Notes: generated by a model not told the origin, from the sequence alone. Numbered from the stretch's first letter, positions 9,757-20,061 are shown. The stretch is 64,000 nucleotides of DNA from an uncultured Chlamydiales bacterium (GCA_963700985.1 OY969554.1:64001-128000), one strand, 5' to 3'. Numbers and translations are program-made.

Positions 9757-10341
9757 ATGACATGTCTACCAATTTGCCTTGCTGCAGTGATCTATGCACT
9801 TACCGGAGGACCTTCTTCAGGCAAGACTTCTATCATCAAGGAATTAGAAAAGCGCGGGGAACCTGTAATTCACGAAGCAGCTACCGATTGGATTATTAGA
9901 AAAATAGAATCAGGGATTTCTGAGCCTTGGAAAGAGGAACGCTTTACTTTGGACATACTCAACATACAGCTTGAAAAAGAAGAGCCGTGGTTGCTTAGAG
10001 AGGGTAAAGTTTTTGTAGATAGAGGGGTTTTTGATATCTATCCTTTTGCGATGGCCAATGGGCTTGCAGGAACTAAAACCTTAGCTTGTGCGAATAAGAT
10101 CCTAAATCGAATTGATCTCAATCAGCGTTATAAAGCGATATTCTTTATCATGCCTCATTCCGAAAATTTCTCTACTCTTCAAAACGAAATTCGCAGAGAA
10201 AACACTCAAGATGCCGCCAAGTTGGAGGTTGCAACCTATGCAATCTATTGTAGGCATGACAATTTCATCGTGGTTCCGGGTGGAATGTCTCCTGCAGAGC
10301 GCGCAGATTTCATTTTGGAAAAAATATGCGAACTAGAATGA
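9757..10341 (+). CDS. AAA_28/NadR-type P-loop ATPase
   Basis: LTGGPSSGKTS, HEAA, FVDRG. Confidence 0.85.
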   Translation: MTCLPICLAAVIYALTGGPSSGKTSIIKELEKRGEPVIHEAATDWIIRKIESGISEPWKEERFTLDILNIQLEKEEPWLLREGKVFVDRGVFDIYPFAMANGLAGTKTLACANKILNRIDLNQRYKAIFFIMPHSENFSTLQNEIRRENTQDAAKLEVATYAIYCRHDNFIVVPGGMSPAERADFILEKICELE

Positions 10342-10362
10342 AAAGAACCTAGTAATGAGGTT

Positions 10363-10395
10363 TGAAGAAGGAGAGACACTTTCCGAATTTTCGAT
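10363..10395 (+). repeat. Degenerate att-like scar
   Basis: TGAAGAAGGAGAGACACTTTCCGAATTTTCGAT aligns with the other scars. Confidence 0.6.
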
Positions 10396-10454
10396 TATGA
10401 AAGATTAAGAAGGTTTGGCACTATTTCTTATTCATTGAAGGGCCAGGTTCAGAA

Positions 10455-11255
10455 ATGAATTATCAAACCCCACAACCAAATAGACAGCTATTTATGTACG
10501 ATATCCAAGTCAATCATGTTTACTTCGTCGTCGACAGAGAAACTTACGAGGCGATTAAGGGTTCTGATTTCGTTCGATCTCTGGCCTCTACCTATGAGCA
10601 GAAAAACTCTACAGACAATCAGACTGGTTGGGAGGGGTTTTACATACGAGGCAAAAATACTTTTGTTGAGCTTTTCTATCCGCAAGATCGTTATCCATCC
10701 ATTGGGATTTCAGGAATAGGTATGGGGGTCGATTATATAGGGGGGCTGGCAGCAATTTCAGAACGTCTGCAAAAAGATCTTCCAAACCTCAATAGAGGGG
10801 CTTTTAATCGTCAGGGAAAGCCTTGGTTTGAGTATCTAGCTGTAAATGATAGTTACTTTTACGAGAAAAATTCTTTCTGGATCATGGAATATGCACCCCA
10901 ACATTTTTCAGAAAATTCAGAAAATGTTTCTAGGGCGCATTATAACTCAGAGAAATATGATCCTAATAAACCTTTCCTAGACATCACAAAATTTGCCGTG
11001 GCGCTGCAGCCTGAGGGTCGTGATACCCTTTCTACTTATCTCAAAAGTTTTGGGTTACGTGCGCAAGATGACTCATACATGACTTCTGAAAATATAGAGA
11101 TTCAGCTGGTCGATGAGGATGAAAAACGTAAGGGAATTTACCAGATCGATTTCTCTCTCAAAGAAAAGCTTCGAGAAAATTATTCCTGCCGGCTAGGAAA
11201 TTCTCAGTTGACCATCCAAGGAAATAAAGGCTCGTGGATTTTCTTTAAGAAGTAA
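10455..11255 (+). CDS. DUF5829-like (glyoxalase-like) protein
   Basis: NHVYFVVD.ETYEAI..S.F, W.GFYIRGKNTFVELF. Confidence 0.65.
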   Translation: MNYQTPQPNRQLFMYDIQVNHVYFVVDRETYEAIKGSDFVRSLASTYEQKNSTDNQTGWEGFYIRGKNTFVELFYPQDRYPSIGISGIGMGVDYIGGLAAISERLQKDLPNLNRGAFNRQGKPWFEYLAVNDSYFYEKNSFWIMEYAPQHFSENSENVSRAHYNSEKYDPNKPFLDITKFAVALQPEGRDTLSTYLKSFGLRAQDDSYMTSENIEIQLVDEDEKRKGIYQIDFSLKEKLRENYSCRLGNSQLTIQGNKGSWIFFKK

Positions 11256-11416
11256 GAGCGTGTTTACAAACTAGATCTTCTCTATGAGGTAAATTCCTTT
11301 CAATTACTGCGTTAAAATGCGCATAAAAACCTCTTGTTTATATAATAATTTTAGCAATGAGGCGTAAATAGCATCTCTATTATAATGATCTATGTTTAAA
11401 CAAACGGAGAAGACAG

Positions 11417-11539
11417 ATGCGTAGTATAATTTTTTTTATGATTGCTCTGCTTGGTGTAAGTTCAATGCTACAAGCCAGTGATATGACTCCTGAAGAGGCG
11501 CAAGAAAGAGCTCGAATCGTAACGATGGGCGGCGATTAA
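11417..11539 (+). CDS. Small exported peptide (40 aa)
   Basis: MRSIIFFMIALLGVSSMLQA|SDMTPEEAQERARIVTMGGD; GGAG RBS; below ORF-track cutoff. Confidence 0.55.
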   Translation: MRSIIFFMIALLGVSSMLQASDMTPEEAQERARIVTMGGD

Positions 11540-11553
11540 GTAGTAAAAGACCG

Positions 11554-11618
11554 TTAAAGAGGGCATCGACAAGTCGATGTCTAACAGAGCGCAGACAAGT
11601 CAGCGCACTCCAAAAAAA
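11554..11618 (-). repeat. REP doublet
   Basis: GCATCGACAAGTCGATGTCTA...GCGCAGACAAGTCAGCGCACTCCAAAA. Confidence 0.85.
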
Positions 11619-11628
11619 TGGCGTGGCT

Positions 11629-11946
11629 CTACTTTTTCTTTGGAAGGGGAAGTGCAGAAGCAGTTAGCTGAATCAGCTCTGCAAGCCATTTCTTATCGCT
11701 CCATTTCTCTTCTGGAATAAGAAAATAGGGCTTGGCGCCCGGATAGGGAAAGCCTTCCAATATTTTTCCTATGAACTGTTCTCCCACTTCTGTGGGCTTT
11801 ACGAACAATTGATCGTCGCAAACCAATGCAATGATCTTCTCATCGCAATAAATTCCGTATTCACCGAACATCTTTTTCGCGCGAATTTCCCCAGCTGCTT
11901 TCATTTGTAAAACAAGGAAATCTATCGTCGATTGCTTTGAACTCAT
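11629..11946 (-). CDS. TfoX/Sxy N-terminal domain protein
   Basis: KKMFGEYGIY, ALVCDDQLFVKPT, PYPGAKP. Confidence 0.9.
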   Translation of the reverse strand: MSSKQSTIDFLVLQMKAAGEIRAKKMFGEYGIYCDEKIIALVCDDQLFVKPTEVGEQFIGKILEGFPYPGAKPYFLIPEEKWSDKKWLAELIQLTASALPLPKKK

Positions 11947-12314
11947 TTTTTCTTCTTTTTCCTACTTTGAATCAGCTGTTCCATTTCAGCTAATTCCGCA
12001 TCGGAAATCTCTTCCTCTTCGATTAAATGAGCAACGAGAGCCTTCATTCCGACTCCAGCGCACATCTGTTTGATTTTTGCTAAAAGAGAAGGAGGTGCCA
12101 CGCCCGTTTCTGGAAGCCAGTATTCATACTGAAGCCCCATACGTTCACGGCGCATTTGCTTTTTTTCTACAAGGCGATTCATCACTGTCATGATGGTGTT
12201 GTAATTATCTTTTCCACCTAGAAAGCGATGCATGTCTTTAACTGTAAGTCGTTGCTCCTTGTTCATGATCTGAAGGATCTGAATTTCGAGCTCTCCGAAC
12301 GCCCTTTTTGTCAT
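11943..12314 (-). CDS. BlaI/MecI/CopY family repressor
   Basis: FGELEIQIL, YNTIMTVMNRLVEK; start moved to ATG 12314. Confidence 0.9.
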   Translation of the reverse strand: MTKRAFGELEIQILQIMNKEQRLTVKDMHRFLGGKDNYNTIMTVMNRLVEKKQMRRERMGLQYEYWLPETGVAPPSLLAKIKQMCAGVGMKALVAHLIEEEEISDAELAEMEQLIQSRKKKKK

Positions 12315-12468
12315 AGTATTCCATTGGTTGCAAAGCAACTTACTACATGCGTAGTTTTTTGGCAACGTTAAGTGAGGTGAAAAATATCTTTAAAAAACCA
12401 GTTATCGCTACTTGTTTTATAGCGTTTTTCCCTGTAAAATCTTTGTCACAAAGAATAGAACGCGGTAC

Positions 12469-13053
12469 ATGATGGAAAGTTCAAATAATGATCTGCTGCT
12501 CGATACCAAATTGCAAATTTCTTTTCCTAAAAGCGATAAAGATCACCGGTTGCAGTTAGTGGAGATTAATGGATCCATTTTTGCGATTGTTCATTCTCCT
12601 TTAGAATCGCTCGGGCCAATTTGTCTCAACTGTGAAGAGTGGAGCCTGGTTCTTTTAGCTCCAATTAAGAGTAAGACAAACATATTAATTTCAGCGATCA
12701 ACGTCATCTGCCTTAACGAAATTGCCTCAGAAGAGGGAAATGTAAACGTACATGCTACTAACCGTCTGGTAAAATTCGCGCATTCGATGAAACCTCTTGA
12801 GAAAGTCTGCGAGATGGGGGAACGTGGTGAGTTCCAGTTCGATGATGATCCTGGCGCTTTTTTATATTACTATCGCTTGTTTGAAGGCATTGTCAGTAGC
12901 ATCCGCGAGGGAAGTTCCGCTTCATTTTCTGATGCACAGCAAAAGCTTATCATGTGCCTTTGCACACTTGCAGATAAAATTGAGAAAAAACCAGAAAATC
13001 TAAACCTTCACCAAGTTCTTGATATTTGGAATGTTCCCGCTTTGAAATCCTGA
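12469..13053 (+). CDS. Hypothetical protein
   Basis: Long ORF, no recognisable motif. Confidence 0.6.
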   Translation: MMESSNNDLLLDTKLQISFPKSDKDHRLQLVEINGSIFAIVHSPLESLGPICLNCEEWSLVLLAPIKSKTNILISAINVICLNEIASEEGNVNVHATNRLVKFAHSMKPLEKVCEMGERGEFQFDDDPGAFLYYYRLFEGIVSSIREGSSASFSDAQQKLIMCLCTLADKIEKKPENLNLHQVLDIWNVPALKS

Positions 13054-13069
13054 TTAACTTTCAGCCATC

Positions 13070-13148
13070 TTTTTTGGAGTGCGCTGACTTGTCAGCGCTT
13101 TCATAGACATCGACTTGTCGATGCCATAAAAAATTATCTCGAATTCTA
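13070..13148 (+). repeat. REP doublet plus RAYT 3'-end remnant
   Basis: TTTTTGGAGTGCGCTGACTTGTCAGCGCTTTCATAGACATCGACTTGTCGATGC then TAAAAAATTATCTCGAATTCTA (cf. 20603-20623). Confidence 0.85.
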
Positions 13149-13356
13149 AATAAACTTGAGGATTTGATTAGAGCAATGACTCAGCTGCGCGAATCGGTGT
13201 TTCCTTCGCAAAATGATGAGCAATAATCTTAAATCTGCGATTGAGGTAAAGTCTATGAGCATTCGGCTGATAGATTTGCAGGACATATGTACAAATATTG
13301 CTGAAAAAATTGTGAGGATGCAACCATAATCCCAACTTTTACTGGGAGGCTAATAT

Positions 13357-13977
13357 ATGTTTTCCGTTTTTTCCTATCTCGTTGCTTTCTTGTTCATGAT
13401 CTCATCCACATTTGCCGATCAGATCTTTTTGGATCGAGAGGGGAGGGAGATCCGTATTGCTCCAGTAAAATCCATCGATGAGATCGATCTCGCCAGAGGA
13501 AAAGAGATTTTAGTCAGCGCATTTATGAAGGGTTATGAAGATGTCCCTCTTGTCTTACTTGATCCCGAGTTTCAGTCGATTGGAGATGTGAGACGTTTTT
13601 ATGAGCGATATTTTGATAGTGAATTGGAGCATTTCAAGCATGGAGAGTTGATCTGGGTGCAGGCTTTTGAAGGCGAGAAGCTTTTGGGCTGGGCAACTTT
13701 TGAAATAGAGACAAATGACTCCGCCTACATGGATCTTCTTGCCGTCGACCCGGCCGAACAGAGAAGGGGAATCGGGCAACATTTGACCTTTTCTATTCGC
13801 TCGCCTGATCTATTTCCCAACATTCAGACGATCTCTCTTTTCATCCGCAAAGTAAATGCAAACGGCCGAAAATTTTATGAGGGAATGGGCTTTTCCGATT
13901 TTCAATCTGATCGGAAAGATAACTTCGTCGACCTCTCTCTTCTGACGGGGATGAAATGGTTTTATAATACGAAATAG
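13357..13977 (+). CDS. GNAT family acetyltransferase with signal peptide
   Basis: LAVDPAEQRRGIG motif A, N..GRKFYEGMGF. Confidence 0.88.
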   Translation: MFSVFSYLVAFLFMISSTFADQIFLDREGREIRIAPVKSIDEIDLARGKEILVSAFMKGYEDVPLVLLDPEFQSIGDVRRFYERYFDSELEHFKHGELIWVQAFEGEKLLGWATFEIETNDSAYMDLLAVDPAEQRRGIGQHLTFSIRSPDLFPNIQTISLFIRKVNANGRKFYEGMGFSDFQSDRKDNFVDLSLLTGMKWFYNTK

Positions 13978-14019
13978 CCTGCCGCTAGTGAGATTACATG
14001 TAGATCATCTAGTTGTGAT

Positions 14020-15168
14020 CTAGCAGCATGTAACACAGCAGCGAGGGGCTCTTTCGAAGGCTACAATAGCCCGATCATTCATGATGCCATCAGAGCTGAC
14101 ACAACTAACAAAACCCCACCGTTTAAGCGAATACTTGTCGATGTTATCCCGCAAATAAGGCAAGAATTCCTTTGCCCGTTTGGGATCGTCTTTTTTTAGC
14201 AACGCATCAATGATATAAGCGCTTCTAAAGACGTGGGCGCGGTTGACTGCTCTTTTTCTCAGTCGAGGTAGAAATTTTGCAAATAGATCAATCGCTTTCT
14301 CGATATTTTGTTCGAACACTAAAGAATCTAGAGGAGAAGATGGCCGTGCAAGATCGGAGCTTTGCTGCGGACGTGCAAACATTTTTCTTATCTCTTCAGT
14401 ATGCGTGAATAGTTCATCAAATGAGCTCTCTGGCTTTGGCAACAACCCTTCAATAAATCCTCCCCATACTTCTTTATACTGTTGAGGATGAGTGCAGCGA
14501 AAAATCAAATGATTGACAGCTAGATTTTGCATCCAGGCATAGGGTAAACAGTTTGCTAGCTTGATTGCGGACTCCACGCCTCTTTGATGTGCAGTGATAA
14601 TAAGCAAGTGGATCAAAGTACGTACGAGATACTTCGTTCTTGAATCAAACATATTACTTCGTGCAAGTTCAACTTCTGAGAAAAATGGCTCAATGGAAAA
14701 TGCAGCTTCATGAGCGCATGAGGGATGAGATAGCAGAAGAATTAAAGCATCGGCTTCTTTTTTGTGTTTAGCTAAAGTTGTAACGACCTCGTTAACATAG
14801 TGCATTTCGCTTCCAAAACGAGAACGTAAATAATACACATGTTTAACACTCTCCATAACCGAGTCTAAATAAGTGGCAATTTTAAATGCTGTTTGGAAGT
14901 CATGGTCTTCTAAATAGTGATTAAATTTGCCAATCAGCTTATCGATCAAGATCCTTTGACAAGAATCGGGAAAATTCTCTTCAAATGCTTCATTCGTCAA
15001 AACAGCAAGCTTTTCAAAAGAAGGTTGTTCCTCTTCTTTTAACTCAGGCAGGCTTCTTACGTAGTTAATGCACTCTTCTCGCTTGGCCGCCTCTGTGTCC
15101 AAAATGGGAAGAGAACATAGAGCTGTAGGCTGCAATGAAAGAGGAGAAGAAGAAATAATAGATGTCAT
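14020..15168 (-). CDS. Hypothetical helical protein with Cys-rich C-terminus (candidate effector)
   Basis: Ser-rich N-terminus; ends RCCVTCC. Confidence 0.65.
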   Translation of the reverse strand: MTSIISSSPLSLQPTALCSLPILDTEAAKREECINYVRSLPELKEEEQPSFEKLAVLTNEAFEENFPDSCQRILIDKLIGKFNHYLEDHDFQTAFKIATYLDSVMESVKHVYYLRSRFGSEMHYVNEVVTTLAKHKKEADALILLLSHPSCAHEAAFSIEPFFSEVELARSNMFDSRTKYLVRTLIHLLIITAHQRGVESAIKLANCLPYAWMQNLAVNHLIFRCTHPQQYKEVWGGFIEGLLPKPESSFDELFTHTEEIRKMFARPQQSSDLARPSSPLDSLVFEQNIEKAIDLFAKFLPRLRKRAVNRAHVFRSAYIIDALLKKDDPKRAKEFLPYLRDNIDKYSLKRWGFVSCVSSDGIMNDRAIVAFERAPRCCVTCC

Positions 15169-15398
15169 AATTATCCTTATTTTTTGAATGATTATACACA
15201 TTAAATATTTAAAACAAAATCAAATAAATGTGTTTGATAGATATCTTTTCACGTAAAAATGGATATTGTAAAGTTCTATTTATAACGCACTATTGTAAAA
15301 ATAATTTATATCTGTAATGCGCTTATATTAAGCTGCTTACGCAGATCCTCACGGGGCTTTCGACAGACTTTGAGAATAGTATTTATTATTTTAAAAAA

Positions 15399-15431
15399 TG
15401 GGGGAGGAGAGATGCTATCAGAACTTTTAAT
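15399..15431 (+). repeat. att-like scar
   Basis: TGGGGGAGGAGAGATGCTATCAGAACTTTTAAT. Confidence 0.7.
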
Positions 15432-15498
15432 CGAAAGCTGGCGCAATTACACCAACATCTTCATTCCTTTTTCATCACACGAGGTAACTATCGCAATC

Positions 15499-18400
15499 TT
15501 AAAAAGAATACCCAATTTTTCCGTAGAATTGATTGGAACTGTAACCGCTTCCAAATTCTCCGTTATAACTGGCGGAACTGAAAATATTCCAATTTGTTTG
15601 CCAAAAGAGTTCTACGGCAGGAGAAATGAGACTTTGCTCGGTGGTAAAGGCCTCGACAACAAAGGATGCAGGAGCGCTTACAATCGCTGCATTAAGATGT
15701 CCAACGTGATGAGGCTTTTTGTAGATATAGCTCAACTTCGCTTGTGCAATAAAAATTCCCCAGCTGAAAGTGGTAGTTTTATATCCATTGAGGCCTGTTT
15801 CTGATCGTAGCATCCATGAAGTTCTAGAAGGGAACTTCATATTGTATGGAGCCGCTCCTTTCTCTGAGTAGCTCGGATCCCATTCAAAGACCCAGTCTAG
15901 TAAACTAAAAGGTTCGATAGTTACTGTATTTATATTGAAATCGTATCCCGTGCCAAAATGAAGATCGAGTTGCTCTGCGTTGTAAGAGCTTCTAGCAGTC
16001 TCTTTAAAGCCTGGAAAAGAGATGATGCGTTTTTGTTCCACGTTCATATATTCGCCCCAAATGGCAGCATCGATGAAAAAATCGGAAAAAAATCTCATCC
16101 CGTAGACGCTGAGATAACCTGCATCTAGGTGACTATTCCCCATAGATTGATGTTCATGAATCGATGAGTGAGCATACCCTGCGAGCGCACCGATGCATCC
16201 TTGATCAGTATTGCCATAATCATAGGCTGCAAAAAAACCACCGCTGTTGAAATCAAAAGTGGGGGTTTGATCTTGAGAGTTCTGACGGCTGAATTGACCA
16301 AAGCCCATTCCCCAAAGTTGAGAGCTGGTGTTTTTAGGCGGAGCATAAATCGCTCTAAGAGGGGATTGATTGTCTGCTAAAAGTTCATTGTAAGCTAAGA
16401 AGGCTGTATCTTTTGCATGGCTTTTTTTGCCTTCATTACGCGCAAGGCGTCTTTTGGTAAAATGCGAATCGAGCGATTCGGAAAACATGAACATAACGTT
16501 TTGCGCAACAAATGTAGGAATTGAGTTCCTCGAAGGGCTGATGGATTTAAGGGCATTTTGATACTGGGAGGAAGAGAGGTCGTTTAAAAGATCAAATTGC
16601 TCTGTCAATCCCAACGAATCAGCATCTGGGGCTAGAGTATTGAGGTAATTGGCAACTCTTAAGTTGTTGCCTCTGAGGCCTTGCGTAGAAAGACTGGGAA
16701 GGGAAGGGGAGAAACCTAAAAAATCAAATTGGACAAATGTAGGAGTTCCCATCGGTAGATAGGCGAGCGAATAATTCGGAGTTTTCCCCGTAAAAGCAAC
16801 GGAATCAAAAGTGTCTGTAATGCCAGATGAAGTGAGAACAGTATATGTTCCAGGCTTAGCAGTTGAATCTAAGTCGATTTCTAAGATACCTGCGAGCGTT
16901 GCTGTTCCACTAACGGCAACTAAAGATGTGCCACTGGAATCGATCCCGATATGAACAAGGCTTCCCAAGGTGCCGTCAACTGGATCTGCAGAATTTAGGA
17001 GCAAACTGCCAAGAGTAAGTGTTCCGCCATTGTCTGGAGAGATCGTTCCCGAGTTGACTAAGACGTTTCCGGTCAAGGTCCCGATTCCGCTCAACATACC
17101 TCTTTGCGAGCTAATGATTGTTTCTCTACAGACGGAAACCGGTGCTTCGTTGATCGCTCCATTCACTTTAAAATTCGCATTCCTGATTGTGATGCTTCCT
17201 TGATAATCGGTGGTTCCGTTGTAAACAACAGTTCCATTTCCTGTGACTATGACAGATGTTCCTCCTGCGTTGAAAGAGGTGTCGTCAACAAACGCAACTT
17301 GCTCACCGAGAGTCAAAAGATCACCAGTATCGTTTGCTGTAAGTGTGAGAGATGCCCCTTGGCGTAAAAAAATACTATTTCCCCACATCAACGTTGATCC
17401 ATCAGTGCCATCTGTCCCTCCAGGGCCGCCCGTTCCATGCGTTCCCGCTTGGGTTGTATTATTTGATGTATTGAAAATGGTTGGGATTCCCGAGAACGCT
17501 TGAATATTGAGATTCACATTGCTATCCACAAAGATAGCGCCTCCAAGGCCGCTTCCGCCACCACCACCTCCGCCACCGAAACCCGTTCCGACGCTATTGG
17601 CGCCAGCCCCTCCAGAGCCGCCACCGAGGTTTCCTATATCAGATCCGCCGGGGGTATTGGAAGAGTTAGAAGGTCCACCGCCGCCACCACCACCACCGCC
17701 TAAAGAATTGCCCCCTCCAGCAGGCGTGGTACCAGATTGGTCGGCGCCACCACCGCCTCCACCACCACCAATTCCTCCGGAACCGCCTTGTACAGTATAA
17801 TTGATATCGTAAGCGCCCGTACCCGCGCCTCCGCCCCCACCTCCACCATAGCCACCTGTTCCAGCTTGTCCGTCAATTCCATTTGTAGAAGGCGTTACAA
17901 CAACTCCACCACCACCGCCACCGCCTCCATCTCCGCCATTACCTCCGGAAGGTAGTGCGCTGCCTCCTGGTGCTATTTGCCCTTGAGGCAGGGTTCCATT
18001 CATTCCTGCGCTTCCACCACCACCACCGCCTGCTGGAGTTCCACCACCACCACCGCCGCCACCTGCTGTGTTTCCTCCGGAGTTACCTCCTCCACCAGCA
18101 CCAGCAAGAATTGCGAGACCATCACCATTTCCATCAAGGCCGGCATTTTGATCGGAGCCCCCAGTCCCCAGATTCGTGAGCGTTGGGATGGTGGCGCGCG
18201 ATCCAAGGCCGCCACCGCCACCACCACCGCCGCCGCTGTTGTCAGTTGAAAGAGTGACATCTCCACCATCTCCACCAAAGCCACCACCACCTCCTCCTCC
18301 AGTGCTTCCTGTGGTCGTAATAGAACCCCCATTTCCGCTAAAGCCCCCACCGCCGCCGCCGCCCTCATCGCCCGTGGGAGATGAGATGCTTAAATAACTT

Positions 18401-18945
18401 CCTCCGTTTCCGCCGACAGCAGAGCAGCTGTTGATCGAAACATTCATCAAGGTGATCGAAGGATTCGAACCATTTAAAAAGGTTTGAGGTGCGTAAATGG
18501 CGCCCCCAGCACCCAAGCCGCCGCCGCCGCCCGAAGTACCATCTCCACCATCGCCGCCTTTTGCTCTCAGGTTTTGAAAGGTCATGTTTTGGATCGTCAC
18601 ATTCCCCATGGGGACAAAAAGACCGCTGTAAGTGCCATTATTGCCGTCAATTGTGACTGTGGGAATAGAGCCTGAATTGCCAATCGTGATATTCACAGGA
18701 TTTGAGGAGTTATTGATGATCGGCAGAATCCCATTGAGCTGTATCATCATCGGAGGATTGGCAAAAACAATCGCATAATCATCAGGTGTCGTACTTAAAC
18801 TCTCATTCATTGTATTCAAGCAATATCTAAGATCGCCCGTCAATCCCATGCTGCCCGGCTTACTGTCCGAGCTTTCAGTTACAATAAGCGTTGTTAAAGC
18901 GAATAAGGAATTTGAGGCGAATAAAAAAATGCAATATTTGAACAT
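15499..18945 (-). CDS. Autotransporter with poly-Gly-rich passenger
   Basis: Signal peptide, poly-Gly runs, GGAI motifs, C-terminal beta domain ending GYSF. Confidence 0.9.
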   Translation of the reverse strand: MFKYCIFLFASNSLFALTTLIVTESSDSKPGSMGLTGDLRYCLNTMNESLSTTPDDYAIVFANPPMMIQLNGILPIINNSSNPVNITIGNSGSIPTVTIDGNNGTYSGLFVPMGNVTIQNMTFQNLRAKGGDGGDGTSGGGGGLGAGGAIYAPQTFLNGSNPSITLMNVSINSCSAVGGNGGSYLSISSPTGDEGGGGGGGFSGNGGSITTTGSTGGGGGGGFGGDGGDVTLSTDNSGGGGGGGGGLGSRATIPTLTNLGTGGSDQNAGLDGNGDGLAILAGAGGGGNSGGNTAGGGGGGGGTPAGGGGGGSAGMNGTLPQGQIAPGGSALPSGGNGGDGGGGGGGGVVVTPSTNGIDGQAGTGGYGGGGGGGAGTGAYDINYTVQGGSGGIGGGGGGGGADQSGTTPAGGGNSLGGGGGGGGGPSNSSNTPGGSDIGNLGGGSGGAGANSVGTGFGGGGGGGGSGLGGAIFVDSNVNLNIQAFSGIPTIFNTSNNTTQAGTHGTGGPGGTDGTDGSTLMWGNSIFLRQGASLTLTANDTGDLLTLGEQVAFVDDTSFNAGGTSVIVTGNGTVVYNGTTDYQGSITIRNANFKVNGAINEAPVSVCRETIISSQRGMLSGIGTLTGNVLVNSGTISPDNGGTLTLGSLLLNSADPVDGTLGSLVHIGIDSSGTSLVAVSGTATLAGILEIDLDSTAKPGTYTVLTSSGITDTFDSVAFTGKTPNYSLAYLPMGTPTFVQFDFLGFSPSLPSLSTQGLRGNNLRVANYLNTLAPDADSLGLTEQFDLLNDLSSSQYQNALKSISPSRNSIPTFVAQNVMFMFSESLDSHFTKRRLARNEGKKSHAKDTAFLAYNELLADNQSPLRAIYAPPKNTSSQLWGMGFGQFSRQNSQDQTPTFDFNSGGFFAAYDYGNTDQGCIGALAGYAHSSIHEHQSMGNSHLDAGYLSVYGMRFFSDFFIDAAIWGEYMNVEQKRIISFPGFKETARSSYNAEQLDLHFGTGYDFNINTVTIEPFSLLDWVFEWDPSYSEKGAAPYNMKFPSRTSWMLRSETGLNGYKTTTFSWGIFIAQAKLSYIYKKPHHVGHLNAAIVSAPASFVVEAFTTEQSLISPAVELFWQTNWNIFSSASYNGEFGSGYSSNQFYGKIGYSF

Positions 18946-18995
18946 GAGAGATCTCTAATTATTTTTTGTCACAGTATTGGGTAAAAAAGAATTGT

Positions 18996-19868
18996 TCAAG
19001 GCTTAAAATTCGGAAGAGAGGAGTATTCGAATTTATGAGGAATGTAGTTAGGTCTCATAGCAAATGCGATGGTTGCATATCGAATTTTGCCGCTTTGCGT
19101 GACAATGTGAGGAGTTGGATAGATCGAAAATTCAGTTAGAAGCACTCCGGGAATAAGGAGGATAGAGTTTTGATTAGGCCTCCTTGGAAATTCTCTTAGT
19201 GGAGATGAAAAATCATCGACTGAGAATGAGGATTTATAAGGAGAAAGAAGCAGCGATTGATTGTCAGTGCTATCGAGAAAAAGGGAAAACGCAGCGCCAT
19301 CGTAATGCGGTCTTGTAGCGATGTAAGAGGGGAGGTATTTGATTACTTTGAAAAGGATGGGAGGATGACCATATTTCGAAGAGAAAATCGTTTCTATGCC
19401 TAACTCAGCTGCCGCCTCATCGAATAGATATTCGTATGATTTTTGGATCTCGTGACAAGCTTCAAAAAAATGGATGATTTGGCGAACTTGATTGAATTCT
19501 GGGAAGAGGGAGCAAATAAACTCATGGAAATGGATCGAATAGTAGAAGGAGATCTGGTTTCTTCCTTCTCTTTTTGACTCGTCGTAGAAACCAAAAAAAT
19601 CAGTGGAGTAATAAGCTCTATCTTTTGTGCGAATAAAACGCTCTTTTGCGATGTATAATTTTTGTGCCCAAACTGGATTTGTTTGAAGAAATTCGATGAG
19701 TTCATCGAAATATGCATAAAGAGAATCGAACGTTTCCGTTCCATGCTGCTTATCGCAAATTTCTAAATAACCTGTTCGCTTAAATTGTTCTGCAAGAGGT
19801 GCAGCACAAAAAGATGGAAATGCAAATAAAAGCGAAACCCATAGAAACAAAGTCTTCTGGACTTTCAT
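18996..19868 (-). CDS. 2OG-Fe(II) oxygenase superfamily protein
   Basis: HYD...H...RYA facial-triad pattern; signal peptide. Confidence 0.7.
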   Translation of the reverse strand: MKVQKTLFLWVSLLFAFPSFCAAPLAEQFKRTGYLEICDKQHGTETFDSLYAYFDELIEFLQTNPVWAQKLYIAKERFIRTKDRAYYSTDFFGFYDESKREGRNQISFYYSIHFHEFICSLFPEFNQVRQIIHFFEACHEIQKSYEYLFDEAAAELGIETIFSSKYGHPPILFKVIKYLPSYIATRPHYDGAAFSLFLDSTDNQSLLLSPYKSSFSVDDFSSPLREFPRRPNQNSILLIPGVLLTEFSIYPTPHIVTQSGKIRYATIAFAMRPNYIPHKFEYSSLPNFKP

Positions 19869-20061
19869 GAGTTAATCGTATGATTTGTTCTTTGAATTTG
19901 TCAAATTTTTCGAGTAAGAGCAAGCTCATCTTATATTCTCTGCTGCTTGCAACAGAGAAGTGCAGTAGGATATGCAAGAAGTCTATTAAAGATCAAAATG
20001 CCCGTAGAAATCTTTAAAAGAGAAAATCCGATGTATTTTTAGAAACACGTGGAGATTGTTT

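Noticed and set aside
11256-11272. GAGCGTGTTTACAAAC resembling an IS5-family end
   Set aside because: No partner repeat or transposase found.
13150-13330. Possible PhoU/DUF47-like gene fragment (DLQDICTNIAEKI)
   Set aside because: Short, frameshifted and too weak to call without a search.
17243-18675. Poly-Pro/Thr/His ORFs on the + strand
   Set aside because: Antisense shadows of the poly-Gly autotransporter.
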